Shown piece after piece: positions 18,690 through 20,000 of a stretch of 20,000 nt of DNA; the stretch's first letter is position 1, and each line of letters opens with the position of its first letter. The notes below the pieces were generated by a model. It did not search any database and had not been told where the DNA came from. It saw nothing but the letters and a program-made list of their open reading frames with translations. A program made the translations under genes and the position numbers. Source of the stretch: Pelagomonas calceolata. Lineage: Eukaryota. The stretch spans positions 6,120,474 through 6,140,473 of the forward strand of contig CAKKNE010000002.1 in the NCBI GenBank assembly GCA_918797485.1, given 5' to 3'.

Positions 18690-19752
18690 TTGGGGCCCGA
18701 AGGGCCCTGGGGCTGGGTGTTGGACACAGGGTTAGGGTTCGGGCCCGGAGGGCCCGAAGGGCCCGAAGGGCCCTTCCAGCACCTTGGGCTGGATGTTAGT
18801 GTTCTGTGTCAGGATTGAGGTTGTGAATAGTCTTTCGTGAGGTTATGGGCAGTCTTTGGTGGCCGGTGCTGGCCACAGGGTTAGGGTTCGGGCCCGGAGG
18901 GCCCGAAGGGCCCGAAGGGCCCTTCCAGCCCATTGGGCTGGATTTTAGTGTTCTGTGTCAGGATTGAGGTTGTGAATAGTCTTTCGTGAGGTTATGGGCA
19001 GTCTTTGGTGGCCGGTGCTGGCCACAGGGTTAGGGTTCGGGCCCGGAGGGCCCGCCGGCTCGAAGGGCCCTTCCAGCCCATTGGGCTGGATGTTAGTGTT
19101 CTGTGTCAGGATTAAGGTTGTGAATAGTGTTTCGTGAGGTTGTGGGCAGTCTTTGGTGGCCGGTGCTGGCCACAAGGTTAGGGTTCGGGCCTTGGGCCCG
19201 GAGGGCCCGAAGGGCCCGAAGGGCCCTTCCAGCCCATTGGGCTGGATTTTAGTGTTCTGTGTCAGGATTGAGGTTGTGAATAGTCTTTCGTGAGGTTATG
19301 GGCAGTCTTTGGTGGCCGGTGCTGGCCACAGGGTTAGGGTTCGGGCCCGGAGGGCCCGAAGGGCTCGAAGGGCCCTTCCAGCCCATTGGGCTGGATGTTA
19401 GTGTTCTGTGTCAGGATTAAGGTTGTGAATAGTGTTTCGTGAGGTTGTGGGCAGTCTTTGGTGGCCGGTGCTGGCCACAAGGTTAGGGTTCGGGCCTTGG
19501 GCCCGGAGGGCCCGAAGGGCCCGAAGGGCCCTTCCAGCCCCTTGGGCTGGATGTTAGTGATATATGTCAGAATTGAGGCGCTGGTAGTGTTCGGTGGGGT
19601 TGTGGGTAGTCTTTAGTGGCTGGTGCGGGACATAGGGTTAGGGTTCAGGCCAGCTCCCCGGGCAGGGCCCGAAGGGCCCTGGCTTCGGGCCCTGGGGCTG
19701 GATGTTAGTGTTCTGTGTCAGGATTGAGGTTGTGGGCAGTCTTTGGTGGCAG
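18690..19752 (+). repeat. Telomere-associated tandem repeat, ~148-156 bp unit, ~7 copies
   Basis: Unit starts (GGCCACAGGGTTAGGGTTCGGGCC and variants) are at about 18722, 18871, 19020, 19168, 19324, 19473 and 19628. Each unit carries an embedded GGTTAGGGTT and GGGCCCGAAGGGCCC-type elements. Confidence 0.95.
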
Positions 19753-19758
19753 CAGCGC

Positions 19759-20000
19759 GGGTTAGGGTTGGGTTAGGGTTGGGTTAGGGTTGGGTTAGGG
19801 TTGGGTTAGGGTTGGGTTAGGGTTGGGTTAGGGTTTGGGTTAGGGTTAGGGTTAGGGTTAGGGTTAGGGTTAGGGTTAGGGTTAGGGTTAGGGTTAGGGT
19901 TAGGGTTAGGGTTAGGGTTAGGGTTAGGGTTAGGGTTAGGGTTAGGGTTAGGGTTAGGGTTAGGGTTAGGGTTAGGGTTAGGGTTAGGGTTAGGGTTAGG
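19759..20000 (+). repeat. Telomere: (TTAGGG TTGGG)6 variant zone, then pure (TTAGGG)n from 19840
   Basis: Read directly; the G-rich strand runs 5'->3' towards the end of the window. Confidence 0.99.

Noticed and set aside
18690..19752. Possible CRISPR array, and ORF 18945-19175
   Set aside because: Whole units repeat with no unique spacers, the context is a eukaryotic subtelomere, and the ORF is just translated satellite.

Overview
Gene-dense, GC-rich eukaryotic chromosome end. It is probably a stramenopile alga, most likely a pelagophyte; this is inferred from the mastigoneme-type EGF protein, plastid-type presequences, introner-like introns and the TTAGGG telomere. Genes from left to right: PHD-finger gene (partial), strawberry-notch helicase-like gene (3 introns), putative plastid membrane protein, tubular-mastigoneme/Sig1-like EGF protein, a small Cys-rich ORF, a tRNA gene, OSTalpha/TMEM184 transporter, MBD-like + PhyH dioxygenase, TraB-like protein, GT32 glycosyltransferase, MFS transporter and a TPR + PLOD-type glycosyltransferase. 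These are followed by a ~150-bp subtelomeric satellite and the telomere. The best finding is a tRNA-Ile(UAU) gene at 9166-9301 (-) split by three introns (D-loop 15/16, canonical 37/38, T-loop 59/60), each in an archaeal-type bulge-helix-bulge or relaxed BHB structure. Also notable are a GC-AG introner with an 8-bp TSD and TIRs, a compositionally foreign phage-like module inside the mastigoneme protein, an MBD-like/2OG-dioxygenase fusion, and a ~117-bp inverted duplication bracketing the terminal 10 kb. All alignments and folds were done by hand; no database searches were run.
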